Below, one piece after another: positions 1 through 8,854 of a stretch of DNA of 64,000 bases. The first letter of the stretch is position 1, and every line of letters begins with the position of its first letter. The position numbers and the translations under genes were made by a program. The notes beneath the pieces are model-generated. The model did not search any database. It saw only the letters and a list, made by a program, of their open reading frames with translations, and was not told the DNA's origin. Source of the stretch: an uncultured Actinomycetes bacterium (GTDB lineage: Bacteria > Actinomycetota > Thermoleophilia > Gaiellales > Gaiellaceae); NCBI GenBank assembly GCA_963737565.1, contig CAVTTF010000013.1:112281-176280 (forward strand). Reading direction: 5' to 3'.

Positions 1-2
1 GT

Positions 3-74
3 AACCCGAACTACGCGAAGGACGCCTGGCTCGGCTACCAGCCGCTGGGCATGATCGTCGTTAATCCCACTTAG
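3..74 (+). CDS. C-terminal end of a protein starting left of the window (...NPNYAKDAWLGYQPLGMIVVNPT*)
   Basis: Open frame with GC3-rich codons ending at TAG 72-74, followed by a terminator hairpin. Confidence 0.55.
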   Translation, partial: NPNYAKDAWLGYQPLGMIVVNPT

Positions 75-105
75 GGCGACGGCTTAGACGTTCAAGCTAC
101 GACGA

Positions 106-147
106 TCGAAAGAGAAGCGGCCCCTCACGGGGCCGCTTCTCTTTCGA
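106..147. terminator. Intrinsic terminator, probably bidirectional
   Basis: Perfect 19-bp inverted repeat TCGAAAGAGAAGCGGCCCC-tcac-GGGGCCGCTTCTCTTTCGA. Confidence 0.8.
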
Positions 148-611
148 GAGCAAGCCGCCGCGGCGAGATTGGCTGTACTGTCGCGAGTTCGGGTGCGGCC
201 GTGGGTTAGCAGGCCGTGTCGGCGCTGCTCTTTCTCCCAAGTTGCGAGTGAACCCGAGCGAGCCGCATCTGACTCTTTCTGGGACACACGCCGCGCGCCG
301 CCAACCTTCTGAATCTGAAGTACGAGAAGGCCGCGATGCGGTGGCTCGAGCGTTACCTGACCGAAGGCTCGCCGAGGCTCCAGCACGTCGCCGAGATCAC
401 GGCAAGTCTGGCGCAGCGGCAGGCCGAACGCTCACGACCCCAGGAGGCGCGTCTTGCCGAGTGGATTGACCCAATTGTGTCCTGGCGGGCGAGGTGAAGG
501 AAGGACATGCTTCCTGCGATGGCGCGCCTGCTCGAAGAACTCGGGCGCAAGAACGCCAGGCACTGAGCCTCGTTCGGCGGATCCATCAACTCAACTCAAC
601 AAGGAAGGAAG

Positions 612-2080
612 ATGAGCATGATCTCGAGATCACGCTTGGCCTGGCTCGGAACGAATCCGAGCACGGGCGGAATCACACGAAGGACGCGACTCACGATTTT
701 GTTGGCGCTGTCGGCTTTGGCGCTGCGGCAGCTTTCGCTGTCGCAGGCGCGAACGCTGCCACGCCGAGGTCGTACTCCAACGGCTTCGAGACCGACACGC
801 CGGACTGGAGTGCGGCGCCGCGACGCGTGCGTGTTCCTCCGGAACCAACGGCATCACCTCGGCGTCCGGCAGCTTCCACGCCGAGAGCAGCGCGGCTGGT
901 TCGTTCTCCCGCTGGGGCGGCTACAACTTCGGCGCTGGCAACGCGGTGCCGACCGCGTTCCAGGAGTACTCGACCTCGGTTGACATCTACCTGAACGTCG
1001 ACGGCGGATGGGCCAACAACACACGCTTCGACTTCGACTCCGCCATCAACAACGCGGCCGGTACCCACAAGCGCGACTTCATCTTCAACGCGGGCTTCTA
1101 CAACGACACCGACGGCAGTCCCGGCTCGGGCACTAACCGGTTCGTGATCAGCGCGAGCAACAACAGCCAGCCCGGCAGCGCCTTCGCCAAGAACCCCGGC
1201 CGAGGGGCCGATCGCCATCTCGACGAGCGGCTGGTACACCTTCGAGCACCACTTCTACAACGACGCGGGTGTGCTGGCGGTCGATCTGAACATCTACGAC
1301 GCATCGCACGCGCTCGTCAACTCGTGGACGCTCAGCGATCCCAGCGACCTCATCACCGGCATCGGCGGCAACCGCTACGGCTGGTTCGACTACAACGAGT
1401 TCTCGACGCTCGCCTTCGACAACAGCAAGCTCACCGTCGTTCCGGTCATCGTCCCTCCGACCTGCACGACGGTCACTACGAGCCTGGGATCGTTCACGGC
1501 TGCGGTCGTCAATCCCGGCACCGACTACGCAGGACCGCTCCCGCTGAGTGGCTGCCAGATCGGTGTCTACTTCGATCAGGCCGGTTCGGTGACGAATGCC
1601 GACATCGCCGGTGCGACCCACTACGGCGTCTTCGCCGACAAGGGTGCGAAGGTCGATGTGACCGGCAGCCAGATCCACCAGATCGGCGACAGCCCGTTCA
1701 GCGGCAACCAGAACGGCCGGGCCGTGTTCTACGCCAACGGCGCGACCGGAACGGTGAGCGGGAACAACATCTACGACTACCAGAAGAACGGCGTGGTCCT
1801 GACCGGCGACAAGACCGCCGTGCAGGTGCTGAACAACACGGTCACCGGCCGCGGGCACCTCAGCACGATCGCGCAGAACGGCGTCGTCATCCTCGCCAAG
1901 GCAACTGCGCTGATCAAGGGCAACAGCATCTCCGGCAACTGGTACACGGGGACGACCTGGACCGCCTACGGCCTGCTCATCATCGACGCAAAGGGCGTCA
2001 AGCAGCAGGCGAACTCATTCCTCGACAACCAGGTGAACCTCGGCAACTTCGGCCGCGGAGGCGGCAACACCAACGCCTGA
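612..2080 (+). CDS. Secreted protein: N-terminal beta-sandwich-like region plus C-terminal right-handed parallel beta-helix (frameshifted)
   Basis: RBS AAGGAAGGA before ATG 612 and a signal-like AAAFAVAGANA segment. Asn/Gly/Thr-rich sequence continues across ORFs 494/946/1271, with beta-helix-type repeats (GTVSGNNIYDYQKNGVV, VLNNTVTG, IKGNSISGN). Confidence 0.7.
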
Positions 2081-2101
2081 CAGTCCGGCGCGACAACTGA
2101 T

Positions 2102-2137
2102 GCACAGAGAGGCCCGCTCCGGCGGGCCTCTCTGTGC
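2102..2137. terminator. Terminator hairpin
   Basis: 16-bp perfect stem GCACAGAGAGGCCCGC-tccg-GCGGGCCTCTCTGTGC right after the stop at 2080. Confidence 0.75.
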
Positions 2138-2185
2138 GAGAGCTCAACGATGACGCCCGGCGCGCGGATCAGCCACACTTCCGTG

Positions 2186-2938
2186 ATGGCCACTGGCCTG
2201 AAAGTCGGCGGCGACGTCGAGCAGGCTCTGGAGAGCGTCGGCGTCCCGAGCTACGTCCTCGACACAACGGGAGTCGTCCGGTGGATCAATCCGGCAGCCG
2301 AGCAGCTTCTCGGCGACGTTCGCGGTCGCCACTTCACCTCCGTCGTCGCGCCCGAGGACAGCCGCCGCGCCCGCGAGCTGTTCTCCCGGAAGGTGCTCGG
2401 CACCTCCCCGGCCACAGAGGCGACCGGCGTCTTGGTTTCGACCGCCGGCACGCGGGTGGCCGTGGAGATCAGCTCGGTGCCGCTCATGAACGGTGAACGG
2501 GTGGTCGGCGTCTTCGGGCTGATCGAGGAACGCCCCGACGACAGCCCCACAGCGCCACCCCCGCATCTCACCCCCCGCCAGGTCGAGGTGCTTCGTCTTC
2601 TGGAGCAGGGCCGCTCGACGAAGCAGATCGCCGCCGAGCTCCACCTGAGCACCGAGACGGTCAGGAACCACATCCGCCGTCTCTTTCGGGCCCTCGGCGT
2701 CAACTCCCGACTCGAAGCCGTCGCCGCCGCCCGGGCCGCAGCTCACCTGGGACAGCCACGCCAGCCGGGTAAGCGCCGTTGTGCATGCTGCGGGGCCCAG
2801 CCGAGCCCGAGCGACCTGCGCGGGTCGGATTGCAGGCGAATAGACCCAATCGTGTCCTGTGCGACGTGGCTGCCCGCACCTACCGTATGCGATGTGAGTC
2901 CGGCGCTGGGAGCCTCCGCTATCGGCGCACCCCTGTAG
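2186..2938 (+). CDS. PAS-domain + LuxR-type HTH transcriptional regulator
   Basis: PAS segment (SYVLDTTGVVRWINPAAEQLLG) and LuxR HTH (LTPRQVEVLRLLEQGRSTKQIAAELHLSTETVRNHIRRLFRALGVNSRLEAV). The tail after ~2750 may be a frameshift artefact. Confidence 0.85.
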   Translation: MATGLKVGGDVEQALESVGVPSYVLDTTGVVRWINPAAEQLLGDVRGRHFTSVVAPEDSRRARELFSRKVLGTSPATEATGVLVSTAGTRVAVEISSVPLMNGERVVGVFGLIEERPDDSPTAPPPHLTPRQVEVLRLLEQGRSTKQIAAELHLSTETVRNHIRRLFRALGVNSRLEAVAAARAAAHLGQPRQPGKRRCACCGAQPSPSDLRGSDCRRIDPIVSCATWLPAPTVCDVSPALGASAIGAPL

Positions 2939-3157
2939 CAGGTGGGGCCTGCGCGGGCTCGCCGTCGCTGCGCGAGAGACTCGAGCGTCCTGCCGGACGA
3001 GTCTCTCGCGCAGCCCTCACTCTCACCGGCTAGTCGCCGCTTTGGCCGCGTGCGGATCTCGACGTCTGCACCGGGGACTGCACCGCAGTGCTTTCGCGGC
3101 ACCCATGAGCCGCCTGACCCGGGGTTCAAGCCGTTCCCGCATGGTCAGGCAGCTCGC

Positions 3158-3184
3158 AATGGGCGGTGCAGGTATCGAACCTGC
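3158..3184 (-). mobile_element. Displaced 3' fragment of tRNA-Val (att site)
   Basis: AATGGGCGGTGCAGGTATCGAACCTGC matches 4448-4474 at 25/27. Confidence 0.8.
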
Positions 3185-3318
3185 CTGCAAATCGGCACCT
3201 TCTCAGCGGCCGGGTATGCCGTGGGGTATGCCGCCCACGCTCGCTCACGCGCGGCGCTCGTCCAGCCACGCCGCCTACCGGGGCCACGACCGGTCCATCG
3301 CAGGAACGTAGCCGTGCC

Positions 3319-3702
3319 TCAGGCAGGCTCAGGGCCATCCAGGTTGACGACGAGCGGCCCTTCTCCGACGAACGCGATGACGAACTCCTGCGGCTCGTCG
3401 AGCGGGTTCACGTCCCGGTGGACGAGCCCGACGGGCACGTGGAAGAAACCGCCCTCCTCCACCTCCGTGCTCTCCGCGCCGCCCGGCCCGAATTCGAAGC
3501 GGAGGCGACCCCGGACGACGTACCCGAGCACTTCGCGATCTCCGTGGTGATGCCAACCCGACACGACACCACCGTTGACACGACCGCGGACGTGGAGCGC
3601 GCGATCCGTCGCGAATGCGACCTCCCGGACGATGCCCGGCGTCGAGTCGCCCTGCGTCAAGCCGTTTGGTGCGACCGCAGAGACTCGATCAGCTGATGCC
3701 AC
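3319..3702 (-). CDS. Cupin domain protein
   Basis: Cupin motifs GWHHHGDRE...G and GGFFHVPVGLVH; RBS GGAGGA. Confidence 0.85.
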   Translation of the reverse strand: MASADRVSAVAPNGLTQGDSTPGIVREVAFATDRALHVRGRVNGGVVSGWHHHGDREVLGYVVRGRLRFEFGPGGAESTEVEEGGFFHVPVGLVHRDVNPLDEPQEFVIAFVGEGPLVVNLDGPEPA

Positions 3703-3954
3703 GGACGTTCCTCCGCTCCCGAGGCTAACGCATCCGCTCGCGCTCGGCTGCGTGCGCGCTCGACCAGAAATGTCTTACCTCGGCGATTGCCTGCTTCGTG
3801 GTCATGTGGAGCTCCTTCGTCAGGTCGGGACGCCCGATGCGGCCACGTCACGAGAGAATGTCACTCCCCGTCGTCACCGGGGACAACGAACCTTTCGTTC
3901 AGGTTCGTGAGTGGACCGACCCGCTACGAAGAAGCGCGACCCACATCTCAACCC

Positions 3955-4275
3955 TCATACGCAGTAAAGCTTCGGGTCATAAGCGAAGGGCACGTCTCGC
4001 GGCGGCTGAGCGGGCTCCGACGAGTACACCTCGACTCGCCCACGTACCTCGGCACCAATCTGCGGTGCGATCGCCTCGACGAGCTCGCCGGCGGCATCCG
4101 CAGATGACGCCCACACCTTCATGGCCAACCAAGCCGGGCCGACCTGTGAACCCAGGTCGGCGTCGCCTTCGATCACGCGAACGTCAGCGAGGACGGTGAA
4201 GTGCTCGTACGGTGTCTTCAGGCGACCGTACCGGAGCAACAGCTTCCAGTTCGGGAGTGCTTCCTCGGGCTCCAC
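3955..4275 (-). CDS. Hypothetical protein
   Basis: Protein-like ORF (WKLLLRYGRLKTPYEHFTVLAD...); GTG start at 4275 is inferred. Confidence 0.6.
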   Translation of the reverse strand: MEPEEALPNWKLLLRYGRLKTPYEHFTVLADVRVIEGDADLGSQVGPAWLAMKVWASSADAAGELVEAIAPQIGAEVRGRVEVYSSEPAQPPRDVPFAYDPKLYCV

Positions 4276-4449
4276 GGCGACAGCGTGACGAGCGCGGCGG
4301 CGGCTGTCGAGATCCGAGGGCGGGGGTGGCGGTCCACGACGCGAGGCCGAGGTATCTACATAGGTATGCCGCCGGTGTCGGTTCGCAGCCTTACCGAGGC
4401 ACCTGGCCCGCATGGTTGAGCCAAATCCGCTCGGCCATGCGGGCCGGAA

Positions 4450-4522
4450 TGGGCGGTGCAGGACTCGAACCTGCGGCCACCTGCGTGTAAAGCAGGCGCT
4501 CTACCAGCTGAGCTAACCGCCC
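4450..4522 (-). tRNA. tRNA-Val(TAC)
   Basis: Cloverleaf GGGCGGTTAGCTCAGCTGGTAGAGCG-CCTGC-TTTACAC-GCAGG...GGTTCGAGTCCTGCACCGCCCA. Confidence 0.97.
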
Positions 4523-4552
4523 CGGGCGCTCGCTGCCGGAAGCCTAGCCCGG

Positions 4553-5080
4553 CTACTTGTCGATCCCGCGCTTCTCGAACGCGAGCATGAGGCGACGAAG
4601 CAGGCTGTCGAGCTGCTCGCGCTCCCGCGCGGTCAACGCGGCCGCGAACAGCGCTTCCTTCTCTGCCTGCACGCCCAGCGCCTCTTCCCAGACCGCGCGA
4701 CCCTTGTCTGTCAACTCGACGAGGACGCCGCGCCGGTCATCGGGGTCCCGCAGCCGCCGTACGAGCCCAGCCTCCTCGATCTGGTCGAGCCGGTTCGTCA
4801 TCGCACCTGTCGAGAGGTCGGCGATGCGCGCGAGATCACCGGCGGACCGACGGTACGGCGGCCCCGCCCACCGCAGCGAGCTCAGCACCTTCCACTCGGC
4901 GTGCGAGAGGCCGTACTCCGAGACCGTCTCGTCGAGCACCTTCTGCAGGCGCCGGGCGATGCCCTGAATGCGGTCGACGATGCCCTCGACGGTCATGTCG
5001 ATGCTCTTGGGGAGCTCCGCGCGGATCTCGTCCAGGAACCGGTCGACGTGGTCGCGCTCGTCTGTCTTCGCGGGAGTCAC
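4553..5080 (-). CDS. MarR family regulator (PecS/TamR-like)
   Basis: DHVDRFL..., LRWAGPPY, STGAMTNRLDQIEEAGLVRR..DPDDRRGVLVELT; GTG 5080 chosen as start. Confidence 0.9.
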   Translation of the reverse strand: MTPAKTDERDHVDRFLDEIRAELPKSIDMTVEGIVDRIQGIARRLQKVLDETVSEYGLSHAEWKVLSSLRWAGPPYRRSAGDLARIADLSTGAMTNRLDQIEEAGLVRRLRDPDDRRGVLVELTDKGRAVWEEALGVQAEKEALFAAALTAREREQLDSLLRRLMLAFEKRGIDK

Positions 5081-5102
5081 ATGGGGAAAGTTGGACGACA
5101 AG

Positions 5103-5165
5103 TGTCTTGACGTCAAGTGGGTCTCCTTGCTAGCGTTCCAGTCGAAGTAGCTTAAGTTAAAGATA
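5103..5165. promoter_or_regulatory. Putative MarR operator(s) in the divergent promoter
   Basis: Perfect palindrome CTTGACGTCAAG (5106-5117) and a related TAGCTTAAGTTAAAGATA (5148-5165) in an AT-rich intergenic region. Confidence 0.6.
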
Positions 5166-5338
5166 CTTTACCGAAAGGAGCCCGCTACGTTCCCGTTACC
5201 CGATGTCCGGCTTCACCGCATTCTCGTCAGCGAAAGGGTCGACCAACTTCGCGAAGCTGCACGCACTCAGCTCGATCCGACCCTCGCGGCGAACAGCAAT
5301 CCCGACCTCACGGTCAGTCAACCCCAGGGAGGGCATTC

Positions 5339-6025
5339 ATGGAGACAACGATGGACACGTTCAGGGTCATCTCCCTCAACCATTCCTTCGAGCAAGGAGA
5401 CGGAGCCGCAGAGGGAGAGCGAGCGTATGTCCGGTTGCGGCGCGAGCTCGATATCGGCTCGTTCGGCGCCTACGCGATCCGCGCCGCCGGTGGCAAGGAG
5501 CTCGTGCGCGGGCGGACCGCAACCGGCCCTGCTGCCGACCGGCACGAAGAGCTCTTCGTCGTCGTCGACGGCCACGCAAGATTCACGGTCGACGGACAGG
5601 AGATCGACGCCCCCGCCGGCACGGCGATCTTCGTCCGAGACGTCGACGCGACGCGCTCGGCGGTCGCGACCGACGACCTGACGACCGTTCTCCTCGTCAG
5701 CGGGCGACGCGGTGAGGCGTGGCGGCTGACCCCGGGCGAGGCGACGGAGGAGTTCTGGCCGCTCTACGAGGCGAAGGACTACGAGGGTGCGCTGACGGTC
5801 GTCCGGCAGGCACTCGAGGAGTACCCGGGCAACGCGCTCGCCCACTACAACGTCGCGTGCATGTCGAGCCTGCTCGGCCGGAGCGACGACGCGCTCGAAC
5901 ACCTGAGGGCCGCCCTGGACGGGTACCCGGCGTACGCCGAGAACGCTCGCGCCGACGACGATTTCGCTGCAATCCGCGATGATGCGCGCTTCCTGGAGCT
6001 CGTCGGGGAGAGCGAGAGCGGCTAG
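5339..6025 (+). CDS. Cupin-like + TPR-like domain protein
   Basis: HEELFVVVDGHARFTVDG..APAGT cupin segment; C-terminal YPGNALAHYNVACMSSLLG..A TPR-like helices; RBS GGAGG. Confidence 0.8.
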   Translation: METTMDTFRVISLNHSFEQGDGAAEGERAYVRLRRELDIGSFGAYAIRAAGGKELVRGRTATGPAADRHEELFVVVDGHARFTVDGQEIDAPAGTAIFVRDVDATRSAVATDDLTTVLLVSGRRGEAWRLTPGEATEEFWPLYEAKDYEGALTVVRQALEEYPGNALAHYNVACMSSLLGRSDDALEHLRAALDGYPAYAENARADDDFAAIRDDARFLELVGESESG

Positions 6026-6077
6026 TCGCTTCGGTTGTCGGCCGAGTGGAGGGGACATACGGTCGGCCGTCAGGTCA

Positions 6078-6150
6078 TGCCCCCAGCGGGATTCGAACCC
6101 GCGCTACCACCTTGAAAGGGTGGCGACCTGGGCCGCTAGTCGATGGGGGC
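6078..6150 (-). tRNA. tRNA-Glu(TTC)
   Basis: GCCCCCATCGACTAGCGGCCCAGGTCG-CCACC-CTTTCAA-GGTGG...GGTTCGAATCCCGCTGGGGGCA. Confidence 0.97.
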
Positions 6151-6339
6151 GGCCGCCCGAGGATAGCCGCCGGCCCCGCGCGGAGCAGTTCGGGCTAAAG
6201 GACCGTGTCCCTTAGAGGGGTGAATGACTCGAACGAGGGGTGTGCCGATACCACCCCCGAGCATGCTCGCCGCATCCGCATCGCCGCGCGGGGCGCCACC
6301 CCGGGCGCTGGTCTCGCCGTCCCCGGGCGGAGGCTCCGC

Positions 6340-8239
6340 GTGAAGCGCGCGGCTGCACCCGCGCCGGTCTCGCCGCAGCGCACGATCGGCGAGATTCTGC
6401 TCGAGCACGGCTACGTCACCCAGGAGGATCTCGACGGCGCGACCCAGCGTCAGCAGGAGACCGGCTTCCCGCTGGGCCAGATCCTGGTCGAGGCGGGCGC
6501 GATCACCCGGCTCGAGCTTGCGAGCGCGCTTGCCGTCCAATGGGCGGACGTCGCGCCGGCGCGGCCGCCCGCCGACGAGCGAAAGGGTAAGCAGCGCTCC
6601 GAGTCGAAACGCGACACGCAGAACGCGTTCGAGGAGCGGCTCTTCGCGTACGCCGCGCCGCCGCCGGACGATGCGTGGCGCGACGAAGTGCGGAACGCGG
6701 CACGAGCCTTCGCGCAACGGCTCGACGCCGTCGAGATCGCTCTCGACGAGCTCCGTGAGGAAGCCGAGACCGAAACCACACCGGAGGACGCTGTCGACAT
6801 CGAGGGAGCGATCGCGCCGCTGACCGGTCGCCTCGACGAGGCGATCGACCGCGTCGCCGCTCTCGACGTTGCACTCGGCGAATATCGCGGCCTGCAGGAG
6901 GCAACCGCCGAGGGGCTGGAAGCTCTGCGCGAGGAGCTCTCCCGCCGAGCGGGTGCGGTCACGGCTGCGCTCGAGGCGCTGTCAGCGCAGGTCGAGCACA
7001 GTGCGCCGAAGGCGGCTCTCGACGAGCTGCGCTCCGCGCTTGACGCGCTCGCAGCCCGGCCTGCGGCAGACGAGTCGCTGACCGGAGCCGTCGCTCAGCT
7101 CGCGGCCCGCGTCGAGGGGGTGGCGGGCCAGGTGGACGCGCTTGCGGATCCGACCGCGCTCGACGAGCTTCGCCGCGCGCTCGACTCGCTCGCCGACCAG
7201 CCTTCGTCGGACCCGGTGCTCGCCGGGCGGCTCGACGAGCTGGCCGCACGACTCGACGAGCTTGCCGCTCGTCCCGCCTCCGATCCGGTGCTGGCAGAAC
7301 GTCTCGAGGAGCTCGCAGCCGCGCAGGAGGAGCTTGCTCAGCGCCCGGCGGGCGACCCAGCCGCGAGTGCACGCCTGGATGAGCTCGCTGCTCGAATCGA
7401 AGGACTCGCCGACCCGACGGCCTTGGAAGAACTGCGGCGCGCGCTCGACTCGGTCGCCGAGCGACCGACCTCGGACCCGATGCTCGCCGGAAGACTCGAG
7501 GAACTCGGCGAGAGGCTCGAGGAGCTTTCGCAGCGGCAGGCTGCCGACCCGGAGCTTGGTGCGCCGAGTCGACGAGCTGGCAGCACGGTACGCCGCTCTA
7601 GCCGAGCTGAATGGCGACGCGCCCGTGGCAGCCGGCTCCGACGACCTCGCCGCGCGAGTCGACGAGCTCGGCGGCGAGGCAGCGGCGCTCGCACGCCGTA
7701 TCGAGGAGGCGGTACAGAGCTGGGCGGAGGAGCGCACGCGCCTCGAGTCGCGGCTCGCCCAGATCGCCGATCAGGCTGGACGACCAGACGCCATGGCCGC
7801 GGCGCCCTCGGAGCCGGCGGCAGCCTCGACGCCGGCGGCCGAGACGACGCCGTCCGCCGAGCACGACCTCAACCGCCTCTGGTTCGCCGTCGAGCGGCTC
7901 TCGCTTCAACTCACGGAGCATCACCGCACGCTCGGCACGCTGATGGGCGGCGGCGCGTCCGAGGAAGGACGAATCGAGTCCCTTGCGGCCCGGATCGACA
8001 TGCTCGAGGCTGGCGGCGCCACACCGCTGCCGACGGACGGCTCCGCACCGGCGCCGAGCGCCGCCGGGCGCGGTATCGGCGCGGGGCACGCGGAGTTGAG
8101 CGCGCTCGCGCGCAAGGTCGAAGAGCTCGCCGTCGCGTCGGAGGCAGGCCGCGAGAAGCTGCTGATGCAGATCGAGCAGATGATGTCGTCGATCGACTGG
8201 CGCTTCCAGCGCCTCGAGTCCGGCGGCAAGGCCGCGTAG
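6340..8239 (+). CDS. MshEN-domain protein with long coiled-coil repeats (frameshift ~7560)
   Basis: TIGEILLEHGYVTQEDLDGATQRQ-5aa-PLGQILVEAGAITRLELASALAVQ resembles the tandem MshEN motif. It is followed by repeats such as DPVLAGRLDELAARL; the C-terminus lies in ORF 7142..8239. RBS GGAGG before GTG 6340. Confidence 0.8.
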
Positions 8240-8288
8240 CCGACGCGCACGAAACCAGCGGGTAGCGGCTAGCTTCCGACGCGGCGCC

Positions 8289-8816
8289 TTGGACACGGTC
8301 TTCCGCGACGAGCTCATCGCTCGACTCCAGTACTTCGATGGCCATTCGGACACGCTCGGGCTGTTCGCCGACGCAGCCTTCCTCGCGCGGGCGGCCGAGG
8401 CTGTTGCCGCTCCGTTCCGCGAAGCCGGCGTGCAGAAGGTGGCGGGCATCGAGGCGCGCGGCTTCGTCCTCGCGACGGCCGTGGCGCTCGAGCTCGGCGC
8501 CGGGTTCGTGGCGGTGCGAAAGCCGGGTGCGATCCACCCCGGTCCGAAGGCTGAGCTGCCGGCACCGCCGGATTGGCGTGGGAACGAGACCGTCCTGCGC
8601 CTGCAACGACACGTGATCGAGCCCGGAGATCGCGTGCTCATCGTCGACGACTGGGCCGAGACGGGCAGCAAGGCGATCACCACCCGCCGGTTGGTCGAGG
8701 CGTGCGGCGGGCAGTTCGTCGGCCTCTCGCTGCTCGTCGATCAATTGCCTGAGCAGCTTCGCGACGAGCTCGCGCCCGTCGCCGCGGCAGTGCTCGCGGA
8801 GGAGCTTCCCGAATAG
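8289..8816 (+). CDS. apt: Adenine phosphoribosyltransferase-like protein
   Basis: VAGIEARGF, VAVRKPG and PRPP-binding RVLIVDDWAETG. Confidence 0.8.
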   Translation: MDTVFRDELIARLQYFDGHSDTLGLFADAAFLARAAEAVAAPFREAGVQKVAGIEARGFVLATAVALELGAGFVAVRKPGAIHPGPKAELPAPPDWRGNETVLRLQRHVIEPGDRVLIVDDWAETGSKAITTRRLVEACGGQFVGLSLLVDQLPEQLRDELAPVAAAVLAEELPE

Positions 8817-8854
8817 GAAACCGGGAAGCGCGATTCCGGTCTTGTCGCCATGGA

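Noticed and set aside
309-497. Protein-like fragment KYEKAAMRWLERYLTEGSPRLQHVAEITASLAQR
   Set aside because: It has no clear start or assignable family and is probably a gene remnant in accessory DNA; not annotated.
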